This document shows, one piece after another, positions 19,548-28,460 of a stretch of DNA of 64,000 bases. The notes below the pieces were generated by a model. It was not told the DNA's origin and searched no databases. It saw only the letters and a list, made by a program, of their open reading frames with translations. The translations under genes and the position numbers were made by a program. Source of the stretch: a phage. The stretch lies in assembly GCA_012690745.1 (NCBI GenBank), contig GCA_012690745.1_4086.2; one strand, written 5' to 3'. The first letter of the stretch is position 1; each line of letters begins with the position of its first letter.

Positions 19548-19739
19548 ATGTATAAAAACTTCTATATAAGTAAACTAAAAGAAAATGAACAAGTATGGAT
19601 TAGATCTATAATTCCACTGGCATTTAATAGATATGCATTTAACAGATGTACCGAGATTGCTATAGACCCTTATAATATTAAAGAGAATGTACAGTATAAT
19701 CAGTACTACTATATCTTAATGCTTATATATAGAAAGTAA
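19548..19739 (+). CDS. small protein, array-2 family
   Basis: MYKNFY...LMLIYRK. Confidence 0.6.
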   Translation: MYKNFYISKLKENEQVWIRSIIPLAFNRYAFNRCTEIAIDPYNIKENVQYNQYYYILMLIYRK

Positions 19740-20150
19740 TTAAACACAAGTAGACAGGGGAAGCTCCTAGTGAACAACCTTTATGTACAGGCGAATTGTT
19801 AAAATTCAGCCTGGACAAATGCGATCACTAGGATTCTCCCCAGGCTAAACCTCGTAATCATAGGTAGTCATAAGTAATCATATATAAACATTTATATGAG
19901 CACCGTAGAATCACAGAATGATTATATATGATTCAGTACTGATTAGTATAGACAAGATTGCTCAAGAATGCACGGAAATGTGTGTGAATGATTCAGTACT
20001 GATATGCCACTAAGTAGGCAGAGGAAGTCTGCCGTACTTTGTAGTTTCCAAGCTCCTTTTCCATTTTGCAAATTACATCAAATGTAATCAAAAGTAATCA
20101 CGCAATGATTAGTACTGAATTATTACTTTCATCTTAATTTCAATTACCCC

Positions 20151-20168
20151 TTTACCCTTCGGGGTAAA
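20151..20168. other. UUCG-tetraloop-type hairpin flanked by 11-bp direct repeats
   Basis: TTTACCC-TTCG-GGGTAAA; CAATTACCCCT at 20141-20151 and 20172-20182. Confidence 0.4.
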
Positions 20169-20589
20169 ATTCAATTACCCCTTGAGGCTCCAGCAAAAAG
20201 TTGGTTAGTACTCCATCCTAAATCTGGATCGTAAAAATTTTGGAGTACCTATGAAATAAAAGTTGGATCTTCGAAAGTTGAAATTTACGTTGGGACGTTT
20301 ATGATTTGTGGGATATAATGATGATTGTAGTCGGGTAGTTCTCAAGAATATCAGTACTGAAAGATGAAAGAAAGTTATTGACATTATGATTCAGTACTGT
20401 ATAATGTTCTACATAGAGAGATGAGTTGCTGCGAACAATTCATTTACTCTACCTCCTGTCGTGAGACAGTACAGAAAAGATAGTTCCTCCTGTGGTGGTA
20501 CATCTTTTTGAACCTCATATGAAAATCGTAATAACAGTACTGATATTAACAGAATGGTATTAGTACTGATTTTAATCTAAAGCATTATG

Positions 20590-20609
20590 CCACCAGCACA
20601 AGCTGGTGG
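20590..20609. other. palindrome carrying Chi octamer on both strands
   Basis: CCACCAGC-ACAA-GCTGGTGG. Confidence 0.5.
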
Positions 20610-20796
20610 ATTCCCTCTAACAGTATTCAGTACTACATGATGGTCTTCATCCTCCTAGGGTAACATAGTGAGGGCTATGATGGCAGTACTGAATACTCCC
20701 TTTCAAAAGATAGATCTATGGTATAGTACTGACGGATTTTGGGTGTAGTTACCCTGGATGGATTTTGGGCGTAGATATGTCTAGCCCTCCAGAAGT

Positions 20797-20959
20797 CTGG
20801 AAGTAAAGATGGCTATCCATCTAGACGGCTAAACGGCTAGATTTCTGGATGGCTAGACGTTTGGACGGCTAAACGGCTAGATGGTTACACGTCTGGAAGT
20901 ATAGACGGCTAGACGGCTAAACGGCTAGATGGTTACACGTCTGGAAGTATAGACGGCTA
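20797..20959. repeat. iteron-like direct repeat cluster
   Basis: 48-bp unit beginning GACGGCTAAACGGCTAGATGG tandemly repeated at 20864-20911 and 20912-20959; partial copies 20797-20842. Confidence 0.6.
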
Positions 20960-21581
20960 AATCAAAATTTTATTTTGTTTTTTCCAATAGTTCCCCTACC
21001 GCGTCGGGGTAAATTCCCCAGCAGTATCGAACGTTAGATTTTTCTGAATCTGGAATCATTATCTTATAAACTGGGGGCAATGTCAACGGCCTGGACGGAT
21101 ATTTTTAAAATTTTTTTCAGTACTGAATTTTGGGCGTAACTATGCACCCGGTGGGCTTGAGTCTTTCTCGACTTGATGGAACTATTATACAGTACTGAAA
21201 AAATAAAGCAATACCCTGGAAGCAAAAAAGTTTTAATTAATTTGCTTGCTATCCTGGGCCGGACTATGGTACTATATTTCAGTACTGAGAAAGTGCGTTT
21301 ACCTGCTAGGGTGCGGGAGTGTATCCTTTTTTTATATCTTGAATTTTGGGCGTAATTCCGCACCCTCTGGGGTTTCCGCTTTCTCACGTCTATGTAGTAA
21401 TTATACGCTTTTTCAGGATCAAGTCAATACCTAAAAACAAAATAATTGAAAATAATTTAACGCGTTTAAACGGCCTGTAAAGCCCTGGAATGATTGGAAT
21501 GGTGCAAATGTATAGCTTATGTGTATTAATGCGTTAGAATGCGTCTGAGGCCGTTTTATGGGGTGTAGTAGTGATTTGGTT

Positions 21582-21672
21582 GATTCAGTACTGAATAATA
21601 GTACTCCTATATAGAAAGATAGTTCCCCTGGATTGATTCAGTACTGAATAATAGTACTCCTATATAGAAAGA
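21582..21672. repeat. 38-bp direct repeat x2
   Basis: GATTCAGTACTGAATAATAGTACTCCTATATAGAAAGA at 21582-21619 and 21635-21672. Confidence 0.6.
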
Positions 21673-21703
21673 AAACTATTTTAAAAGTATTTGTAGAAAG
21701 TAC

Positions 21704-21731
21704 TTGCACCGTACTGATAAAAGCGTATAAT
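21704..21731 (+). promoter_or_regulatory. early-type sigma70 promoter
   Basis: TTGCAC-16-TATAAT then GTTTTACATC and 5'UTR hairpin. Confidence 0.5.
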
Positions 21732-21786
21732 GTTTTACATCGAGAGCGGGAACACTTCCCGCTACACTTTAAGAGAGATTAATACG

Positions 21787-22149
21787 ATGGCAACTCAAAT
21801 CACCAAAATTATTGCTAACCTGGTTAACTTCCGCGACGAGATGAAAGATCTTCCGGCGGCGACGGTTAAAACTCACATTGACGCATACCGCGAACTGATT
21901 AAAATGCTGCCGCTTAAGCGTGAACAATACGCCGCTACCGTGATGCTTGATGCGATGATCCATAAGATGATCGCCAGTGATTTGACGATGGTTTATCAGT
22001 ATATGGGCGAAAATTTCGCGGTGTGTAGTAAGCCAGTACCAGGGATGGCAACAACTGAGGAATTGCACGGCTTAAACTTAAAACAAGATGCATGGGATAA
22101 TATGCCTCGTTTCCTGGTATGGGCTGACAGTGGCAAAATTTACAAATAA
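21787..22149 (+). CDS. hypothetical protein (120 aa)
   Basis: ORF track 21730..22149 trimmed to MATQITK; the upstream ATG lies in the promoter -10. Confidence 0.6.
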   Translation: MATQITKIIANLVNFRDEMKDLPAATVKTHIDAYRELIKMLPLKREQYAATVMLDAMIHKMIASDLTMVYQYMGENFAVCSKPVPGMATTEELHGLNLKQDAWDNMPRFLVWADSGKIYK

Positions 22150-22163
22150 GTTTAATAAAGTAC

Positions 22164-22191
22164 TTGCAAACTATGTTTAATGGCGTATAAT
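22164..22191 (+). promoter_or_regulatory. early-type sigma70 promoter
   Basis: TTGCAA-16-TATAAT. Confidence 0.5.
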
Positions 22192-22244
22192 GTTTTACAT
22201 CAGGTGGGGAATAGTTCCCCACTATATAAGAGGATTAAAAAAAA

Positions 22245-22484
22245 ATGGCTAAATCAAAAATGTTCTTAGGTCACAAAAACAAAACTCATTGGAATGTAAG
22301 CCTGTGGATTAATAACGATGAGGGATTGTATCGGTTGGCCCTGGACTTTATTGCCGCCAATACTAATCGCAATGATGCGGCCCGTCATATGATGTTATTT
22401 TTAGAACAGACTGGACAAGATAAAACACCGGACGGATTCAAATATAGCACTACTGCGATCCGTGCGGCGATGGTTGGAATGTAA
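22245..22484 (+). CDS. hypothetical protein
   Basis: ORF track. Confidence 0.6.
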   Translation: MAKSKMFLGHKNKTHWNVSLWINNDEGLYRLALDFIAANTNRNDAARHMMLFLEQTGQDKTPDGFKYSTTAIRAAMVGM

Positions 22485-22570
22485 TAGAATTTATTTAAAG
22501 TACTATCATTTTTTTGCGATAGTACTTTATAATAGTGTTTTATTCATACACCAACGATAAGGGCAACAGC

Positions 22571-22837
22571 ATGAATATTAAGTATTTTGCGACGCGTGAA
22601 CAAGCTCGGATCGCCGCACGCCAGGACGGGGCAACGTTTAAAGATATGGGAGCGGGATCGGCAAGTGGTAAACGTTGGGCCATTGTAAAGCGTAGTACGG
22701 CCAGATCATTACAGTACTGGTTAGCGGCCTTAAAAAGTCCCGATAGTGTATCGCGTCGAGTGGTAGAAATAAAGCTCGACCGAAAGGGCAACCGCGTGAC
22801 CGTGTACCGTACTAAAAAGATTGCAGTACTTGAATAA
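22571..22837 (+). CDS. hypothetical protein; paralogue of 35052..35447
   Basis: trimmed to MNIKYFATREQARIAAR; shared FATREQARI...TFKDMG...DRKGNRVTVY. Confidence 0.6.
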   Translation: MNIKYFATREQARIAARQDGATFKDMGAGSASGKRWAIVKRSTARSLQYWLAALKSPDSVSRRVVEIKLDRKGNRVTVYRTKKIAVLE

Positions 22838-22844
22838 AAAGTAC

Positions 22845-22872
22845 TTGCAAACTATGTTTAAAGGCGTATAAT
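22845..22872 (+). promoter_or_regulatory. early-type sigma70 promoter
   Basis: TTGCAA-16-TATAAT. Confidence 0.5.
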
Positions 22873-22924
22873 GTTTTACATCGAGAGCGGGAACTCTTCC
22901 CGCCTATAACCTGGAGTAATAAAA

Positions 22925-23155
22925 ATGACTAATATGTATATGACTGAAGTTAAAACCGTAAAAGATACTACCACGAATAAAACTACTTACTTACAGCGGA
23001 TCTGTGGTGTATGGCAACGTATCAGCAAATCAAAGTACTTTAAATTAACATCATATGCAAACCGTTCTGATTCATTCAGTACTGAAATAAAAGGTAATAA
23101 AGTACACCAATACGGCACTTATTATTATTACAGCCTGGACGCGATTGCAGTATAA
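22925..23155 (+). CDS. hypothetical protein
   Basis: ORF track. Confidence 0.55.
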   Translation: MTNMYMTEVKTVKDTTTNKTTYLQRICGVWQRISKSKYFKLTSYANRSDSFSTEIKGNKVHQYGTYYYYSLDAIAV

Positions 23156-23185
23156 GCAGTTTACAAATCTTTACAATTGCCGGTA

Positions 23186-23214
23186 TTGACTTATTTTGTC
23201 AGTACTGGCATAAT
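23186..23214 (+). promoter_or_regulatory. sigma70-type promoter upstream of a structured noncoding element
   Basis: TTGACT-17-CATAAT. Confidence 0.45.
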
Positions 23215-23404
23215 GTATTCATTGGCAGATAAGCCGTAGCCCATAGGGTGCGGGAGTGTATCTATAGAAAAATTAGTTTAGTATAGTTACAATTGTGCAC
23301 CCGGTGGGTTAGCTGTTGTCATGGGGTATATTATGCCAGTACTTGATAATGCTGTCAATACTTTTTTTTACTATCCAGTACAGAAAACTATTTTTAAAAA
23401 GTAC

Positions 23405-23432
23405 TTGCAAACTATGTTTAAAGGCGTATAAT
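23405..23432 (+). promoter_or_regulatory. early-type sigma70 promoter
   Basis: TTGCAA-16-TATAAT. Confidence 0.5.
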
Positions 23433-23522
23433 GTTTTACATCAGGACGGGGAACGAAATAAGTAACTTCCCGTTAAGTAGCCCAGGAGTAAGGCACACGA
23501 AAAACTCCCCTGATAAAATAGT

Positions 23523-23550
23523 TTGACAAATGTTTTTAAAAGCGTATAAT
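23523..23550 (+). promoter_or_regulatory. early-type sigma70 promoter
   Basis: TTGACA-16-TATAAT. Confidence 0.5.
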
Positions 23551-23582
23551 ACTTACATCAACTACTGAATGAGGGTTATAAA

Positions 23583-24194
23583 ATGAAAACTATCACTACT
23601 ACTACTTTCGTTATGGATTTTTCTGAATTGAACGCAGAACAACAAACGTCAGCTATCGAACTGGTTCGGGAACGTGAAAAAAACTCAAACGACAATTATT
23701 TTTCTGAAAGTGAAATTGAATACTATAAAGAAACAGTACTACCGGAATATGGCATTAATGACGCTGAAATACAATTCAGTGGTTTTTGGTCCCAGGGTGA
23801 CGGTGCATCAATCAGTACTGACCACGTTGACGCAGTGAAGTTTTTACGCAAGGTTAGAGCGTTAACTAAGTATCGCTCAATCCGTCACCTGCTGAATGAA
23901 GATGAATTATCTATGAGGGTACAGCGTTCTCAATCCCGCTACTCACACGAAAACACTGTAAGCGGGTACATTGAATCGGGGTACACTGATTTAACAGCAA
24001 AACAGGAAGCGTTAGCCAATGAGCTTGAGGAATTGCTTACTGTTACTATTCGTGAATTATCTCGCAAGTTGTACCGTGATTTAGAGAATGCATATGAGGA
24101 TCAATTCACTACTGAGAACATCACGGCACTGATCGAGGGTAACGAGTATCAATTCAATGTTATTGATGGCGTAGTAGAATCAATCGCATATTAA
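23583..24194 (+). CDS. hypothetical protein (203 aa)
   Basis: ORF track; SD GAGGG. Confidence 0.65.
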   Translation: MKTITTTTFVMDFSELNAEQQTSAIELVREREKNSNDNYFSESEIEYYKETVLPEYGINDAEIQFSGFWSQGDGASISTDHVDAVKFLRKVRALTKYRSIRHLLNEDELSMRVQRSQSRYSHENTVSGYIESGYTDLTAKQEALANELEELLTVTIRELSRKLYRDLENAYEDQFTTENITALIEGNEYQFNVIDGVVESIAY

Positions 24195-24249
24195 TTTAGT
24201 ACTGAGATAATGGCGGGGAATGGTTCCCGCCTTTACTGAGGAATATCTA

Positions 24250-24537
24250 ATGAGCAAAGTAATTAGCTATACAGTATTAAGCAAGTCATTATCTATTAGC
24301 CAGTGCACTGATGGTTATTGGCTTTATGATGAATCGCGTGGCATGAATTTAGCTATGCGTGCAAAAACTGCTGAGGCGGCGTATCTTGAGGCACTGGAAT
24401 ACTACCAGGAACGATTAAAGGAAGTAGAAAACGATTATAATAACCTGAAAGCGAAAGTAGATCATTTCGTCGGGCAATTCGTTGACGATGACGAGGAAGA
24501 CGGGCACTACTGCGACCGTTGCGGATCTTACAGTTAA
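24250..24537 (+). CDS. hypothetical protein
   Basis: trimmed to MSKVISY; SD GAGGAA. Confidence 0.55.
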   Translation: MSKVISYTVLSKSLSISQCTDGYWLYDESRGMNLAMRAKTAEAAYLEALEYYQERLKEVENDYNNLKAKVDHFVGQFVDDDEEDGHYCDRCGSYS

Positions 24538-24554
24538 GTACTAAGGATTATCTA

Positions 24555-24761
24555 ATGAGTGATTTAATTGAACGTATCAAAGAGCTTGAAGAAAAAGAAT
24601 TACAGTTAATCGGATTGCGTAATAAAGTTTATTCAGAGCTTGGAGGCTTCATACAGGCTTGGGATAGTGGTGATCCTGATGCTTTACCTGCTAACCGCCA
24701 GGCGATGATCAATGATGTGAGAAGTGTCTTTGATTATGTTTTAAAAAGTACTGGACACTAA
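24555..24761 (+). CDS. hypothetical protein
   Basis: trimmed to MSDLIERIKELEE; SD AAGGA. Confidence 0.55.
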   Translation: MSDLIERIKELEEKELQLIGLRNKVYSELGGFIQAWDSGDPDALPANRQAMINDVRSVFDYVLKSTGH

Positions 24762-24779
24762 GCAATAAAGGCGTATAAT
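24752..24779 (+). promoter_or_regulatory. possible sigma70 promoter (weak -35)
   Basis: TGGACA-16-TATAAT. Confidence 0.35.
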
Positions 24780-24831
24780 ACTTTATATCGAGAGCGGGAA
24801 TAGTTCCCGCTACTAATGAGGAATACTACAA

Positions 24832-24996
24832 ATGAATACTTTTACCTTCGCTCAATTGAACGCCCTGGATGTATTGTCTGATGCTTTGCGGGATGCAACT
24901 GAAAGCGGTTTATTTGACAATGTTGACATTCACCCTGATGTAATTAATAATTTTTGTGATGCTATCGCAGAAGTACTGGAAGATCTAAAAAAATAA
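24832..24996 (+). CDS. small hypothetical protein (54 aa)
   Basis: manual ORF MNTFTFAQLNALD; follows promoter, hairpin and SD GAGGAA. Confidence 0.45.
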   Translation: MNTFTFAQLNALDVLSDALRDATESGLFDNVDIHPDVINNFCDAIAEVLEDLKK

Positions 24997-25006
24997 TAGA
25001 AAGTAC

Positions 25007-25034
25007 TTGCAATTAGTTTTTAGTACTGTATAAT
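25007..25034 (+). promoter_or_regulatory. early-type sigma70 promoter
   Basis: TTGCAA-16-TATAAT. Confidence 0.5.
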
Positions 25035-25084
25035 AGTTTACATCAAGGGGAGAAATGGTTCTCCCTGGTAATGAGGAAAATAAA

Positions 25085-25306
25085 ATGGCTAATATCACTA
25101 CTCTTTCCCAACTGGAAGCACTGGTTAAATCTATGCGGGAACATGCCGACAATATCGGCGTAAAAGATCCAGCCGTTTGCTTCTGCGACGAAATGAATGA
25201 TGATACACTGGTAATAGCAGAAGTACAAGATATTTCTAACTATTCATCGCGTTACACTGGCGGCGTAGCAAATAAAGGTGACTTCTGTTTATACCTTACC
25301 AAATAA
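25085..25306 (+). CDS. hypothetical protein
   Basis: trimmed to MANITTLSQ. Confidence 0.6.
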   Translation: MANITTLSQLEALVKSMREHADNIGVKDPAVCFCDEMNDDTLVIAEVQDISNYSSRYTGGVANKGDFCLYLTK

Positions 25307-25474
25307 CAACGCGGGGAGATAATAACTCCCCGTTACTTTTTCAGTACTGAATCATTTAATAGACGGATCTCGGCACCCTGTGGGTTAGTGACTGTATCGT
25401 CTTTATGTAGTAATTATGCCAGTACTGGATGCAGTTGTCAACAATTATTTTTCAAATACTTTTTATTAAAATAC

Positions 25475-25502
25475 TTGCTATTAGTTTTTAAACGCGTATA
25501 AT
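25475..25502 (+). promoter_or_regulatory. early-type sigma70 promoter
   Basis: TTGCTA-16-TATAAT. Confidence 0.45.
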
Positions 25503-25549
25503 GTTTTGCATAGGGGGAGCGGTTCCCCTGGTAACTAAGGAATAAGAAA

Positions 25550-25786
25550 ATGGTCGAACAAATCAAATCAACGTCTTCGAATGTAACGGGAACGGTAGCA
25601 CACTTTACTAGTGATGAATCGCGGGGCGTTCCCTATTGTGCTGTACATGTAAACACTGAGGGTAACTACTGGTTTACGGTTTACGGATCATATTCATTTG
25701 GACGGCCAGGGCATCAAAAAATTCTGGATAAAGTACAACCAACGGGTAAAAATATCACTGCCGAAATGTTTTATAAAAAATCATAA
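25550..25786 (+). CDS. hypothetical protein
   Basis: ORF track. Confidence 0.6.
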   Translation: MVEQIKSTSSNVTGTVAHFTSDESRGVPYCAVHVNTEGNYWFTVYGSYSFGRPGHQKILDKVQPTGKNITAEMFYKKS

Positions 25787-25789
25787 AGT

Positions 25790-25817
25790 ACTTGATAATA
25801 GTTTTTAGTACTGTATA
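25790..25817 (+). promoter_or_regulatory. early-type sigma70 promoter
   Basis: TTGATA-16-TATAAT. Confidence 0.45.
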
Positions 25818-25870
25818 ATATTTTACATCGCAAGGGGGAGCGGTTCCCCCTGGTAACTAAGGATAATCAA

Positions 25871-26170
25871 ATGAAAATTGCAATCATCGCCCTGGCTTTA
25901 TCTGTTTCCTCTTTCGCTGTTAATGCGTCGTTAGATGTAAGTAGTGAAAAATTCATTCAGTGCACTGTAGCGATGACCAATGAAAGTACTGGCGAGATTG
26001 TTTTAAAGGATTTAGAGATCCAGCCCGAAGCATTTAAAAACGGGCCGTTCCATGAAGAAGACGAAAACGGTAGCACAACAATTTATTACGATGCAAGTAC
26101 TAAACGCGGTTCGGTCACTGTAATGGATACTGAGAAAGTAACGCACACAGGAGTAATTAACTGTTTATAA
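25871..26170 (+). CDS. small secreted or periplasmic protein (predicted signal peptide)
   Basis: N-term MKIAIIALALSVSSFAVNA is a typical Sec signal. Confidence 0.6.
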   Translation: MKIAIIALALSVSSFAVNASLDVSSEKFIQCTVAMTNESTGEIVLKDLEIQPEAFKNGPFHEEDENGSTTIYYDASTKRGSVTVMDTEKVTHTGVINCL

Positions 26171-26187
26171 TCTAGTACTGAATCACT

Positions 26188-26219
26188 AGCCCACTTATAC
26201 AGTGGGCTTTTTTGTTTTT
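26188..26219 (+). terminator. intrinsic terminator
   Basis: AGCCCACT-TATAC-AGTGGGCT then TTTTTTGTTTTTG. Confidence 0.65.
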
Positions 26220-26266
26220 GTAGTATCGTAGTACTGCATACTTTGAAAATAGTTTTAAAAAAGTAG

Positions 26267-26294
26267 TTGACATTACCAGGGAAAAGCGTAGAAT
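26267..26294 (+). promoter_or_regulatory. sigma70-type promoter
   Basis: TTGACA-16-TAGAAT. Confidence 0.45.
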
Positions 26295-26408
26295 GTATTA
26301 CATCAAGACGGGGAACATTAAGTAGACCGCCAGTAAGTCGAATGAAAAACTGGACACGTCAAACAAACTTTGATAAACTAACTTAAACTTTAATTGAGGA
26401 TTTATAAA

Positions 26409-26891
26409 ATGGCTAATGTAAAATCATTTCTGAAAGCACTGATTTCTAACGATACTGTTATTGCTGCTGAATTGCTGGCTGACCTGGATAATGATACCAT
26501 GAAAGCAGTACGCAACAATTTTAACATTGCTTACAGTGAAGCGAAAGAACTACAAGCCAAAAAGGTAGCAGAACTGGAAGAACAGAAAAAAGCCCGTGAA
26601 GCAGAACTGCAAGCAACAATAGAAAGTATTCAGGCGGCGGTGTCTGGTTTAGATCTGGAAGTGGTTATTGAAATGGCACATAAAGCCCTGGCGGTTAAGT
26701 ACGGTGAAGATAAGCCGGAATCTAAGCCTAAAAAATGGATTCAAGAACGTGTTACTGTTGTCCTTGATAACGGGGAAGAACATTTGATTCCTGTACGCGG
26801 TAACTGCATTGCGGTAGTACTGGATGCAATCAAAGAAAGCGGTATGACTCGCGAGGAATGGATCGAAGCTCACCGCAAAGTTGAAGCATAA
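26409..26891 (+). CDS. hypothetical protein (coiled-coil-like, KE-rich)
   Basis: trimmed to MANVKSFLK. Confidence 0.6.
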   Translation: MANVKSFLKALISNDTVIAAELLADLDNDTMKAVRNNFNIAYSEAKELQAKKVAELEEQKKAREAELQATIESIQAAVSGLDLEVVIEMAHKALAVKYGEDKPESKPKKWIQERVTVVLDNGEEHLIPVRGNCIAVVLDAIKESGMTREEWIEAHRKVEA

Positions 26892-26912
26892 CAATTAAAG
26901 TACTGAATCACT

Positions 26913-26942
26913 AGCCCACTGTATAAGTGGGCTTTTTTGTGT
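26913..26942 (+). terminator. intrinsic terminator
   Basis: AGCCCACTGTATAAGTGGGCT then TTTTTTGTGTTT. Confidence 0.65.
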
Positions 26943-27092
26943 TTATCGTTTACCAGGCCACCAGCACCGCCTAGAATCGATTCTAACGCATTAAACTGAT
27001 TATCTGATGCATCGCCCTAGCTGGTGGCGTTAAGGTCGTTAGAATGCGATTGAGGACGTTTAAAGTATTTTGCAAAAAGTAATAAAAAGTAC

Positions 27093-27120
27093 TTGCACGA
27101 TTAAGAGATTAGCGTATAAT
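27093..27120 (+). promoter_or_regulatory. early-type sigma70 promoter
   Basis: TTGCAC-16-TATAAT. Confidence 0.5.
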
Positions 27121-27175
27121 GTTTTACATCGAGAGGGGGAAACGGTTCTCCTTCCAAATCAAAGGAATCAAAACA

Positions 27176-27403
27176 ATGGCTATCGTAATCGCTTATGTAA
27201 CTGGTACTACTGGCACTTCTTCTACTGTTGCTGTAATTACCAACAAGAAAGGTGCGGAATTACATTCTGCAATGGATACCTGGGCGGTAAATGAGTTCGG
27301 TCAGTGGGCAAGTGTAGCATATGTTGAAACCTATCAAGTGCCAACCATTAGCTTAACGGATCTCGGTGTAGATCGTATCCTTTGCCTGGATGAATTAAAT
27401 TAA
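27176..27403 (+). CDS. hypothetical protein
   Basis: trimmed to MAIVIAYVTG. Confidence 0.6.
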   Translation: MAIVIAYVTGTTGTSSTVAVITNKKGAELHSAMDTWAVNEFGQWASVAYVETYQVPTISLTDLGVDRILCLDELN

Positions 27404-27411
27404 AAAAGTAC

Positions 27412-27439
27412 TTGCAAAGTAAATCAGATAAAGTATAAT
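27412..27439 (+). promoter_or_regulatory. early-type sigma70 promoter
   Basis: TTGCAA-16-TATAAT. Confidence 0.5.
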
Positions 27440-27489
27440 ACATTACATCAAGGGGAGAAATGGTTCTCCCTGATAATGAGGAAACTAAT

Positions 27490-27633
27490 ATGAAAACTTG
27501 TCAATGTGGTAAAAAATCTATTACTGGTTTAAAGCGGGGCGTTGCTCTTTGCCAGTACCATTATAATTTACAAGTATGGGGTAAAGAATGGGCCGACCAG
27601 GTGGAAGCAGCAAAGAAAGCAAAAAGTAAGTAA
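27490..27633 (+). CDS. small Cys-containing protein (47 aa)
   Basis: manual ORF MKTCQCGKKS...; SD GAGGAA. Confidence 0.45.
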   Translation: MKTCQCGKKSITGLKRGVALCQYHYNLQVWGKEWADQVEAAKKAKSK

Positions 27634-27653
27634 AATTATTATCACAGTACTAT

Positions 27654-27681
27654 TGACATAGATTGATAGTACTGGCATAAT
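27654..27681 (+). promoter_or_regulatory. sigma70-type promoter
   Basis: TTGACA-16-CATAAT. Confidence 0.5.
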
Positions 27682-27714
27682 AGATTTTATCAAGACAACT
27701 AAGAGGAAATTAAA

Positions 27715-28059
27715 ATGGCTAATATCAACACTATCGCAAAACAAAATATCAACCTGTCTTCTGTTGAAGTTGTACATATTGCCGCTCGGCGTTGGTTCCA
27801 GGCTTCATATGGTAACACTTATTTCTCTTTAAGTGTAGACGTAGAAATTGATGGTAATTTTATTGAAGTAGTAAACGTGCCGTTCCAATATGGATACGGG
27901 GATCACTTTGACACTGTAGCAATGGAAGAATTTAGCAAGGTTATTAATATGGAAGATAAAGAGTTTTTACGCGGTTCTTATCTTTCCCGTTTTTGCCGTG
28001 ACAATAATATCACTGTTTACAGTTCGGTAACTGATGTTAAACGCAAAAAAGATCTTTAA
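27715..28059 (+). CDS. hypothetical protein; paralogue of 34629..34952
   Basis: shared RW..GNTY..YGYG...RKKD(L/M) features. Confidence 0.6.
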   Translation: MANINTIAKQNINLSSVEVVHIAARRWFQASYGNTYFSLSVDVEIDGNFIEVVNVPFQYGYGDHFDTVAMEEFSKVINMEDKEFLRGSYLSRFCRDNNITVYSSVTDVKRKKDL

Positions 28060-28139
28060 TTAGCTTTACTTTATGCAGATACTTTGATACAGTGTCTGCA
28101 TAGGGGAAAGAAATTAAATCAACTTAAGAGGATAGTAAA

Positions 28140-28409
28140 ATGAAAAATATCAGTACTTTAATCGATGCAGGTACACATGTTCGTCGGTCTATGGTTGCAA
28201 CCAGTTCTACAAAACAAGTACCAAGCGGTTATCTTGTATTTGTGCACGATGGAAAACTCCTGGAACGTTCAATCAATTTTGATGTTAAAAACAATTGCCG
28301 TTTTATTATCTTTAAGCGTGAACAATATAAAATTGATTTGCCAGCGAAGCCCATTAGCGGGGCGTACAGCGTACAATCATTGTTTGAGCGTCAACCTTAC
28401 ACCTATTAA
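28140..28409 (+). CDS. hypothetical protein
   Basis: ORF track; SD AAGAGGA. Confidence 0.55.
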   Translation: MKNISTLIDAGTHVRRSMVATSSTKQVPSGYLVFVHDGKLLERSINFDVKNNCRFIIFKREQYKIDLPAKPISGAYSVQSLFERQPYTY

Positions 28410-28460
28410 TCAAAACATCGTTAGCGGTCGATTTAGGCCGCTTATATTGGGGATTATACC

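Noticed and set aside
19740-21700. tRNA genes in the noncoding region
   Set aside because: No cloverleaf with a GTTCRANYC-type T-loop and 7-bp acceptor stem was found by eye; the hairpins are simple stems. tRNAscan-type software would be needed to exclude them formally.
21730-21786. ORF-track N-terminal extensions beginning MFYIERG or MFYIESG (also at 27119, 37104, 37981, 39829 and similar)
   Set aside because: The ATG is part of the promoter -10 and discriminator (TATAATGTTTTACATC) and the extension translates the 5'UTR hairpin; real starts are the downstream ATGs with SD.
23583-24194. Anti-restriction (ArdA-like) or ADP-ribosyltransferase assignment for the 203-aa early protein
   Set aside because: No convincing match to ArdA acidic repeats or to the R-S-ExE ART triad could be seen by eye.
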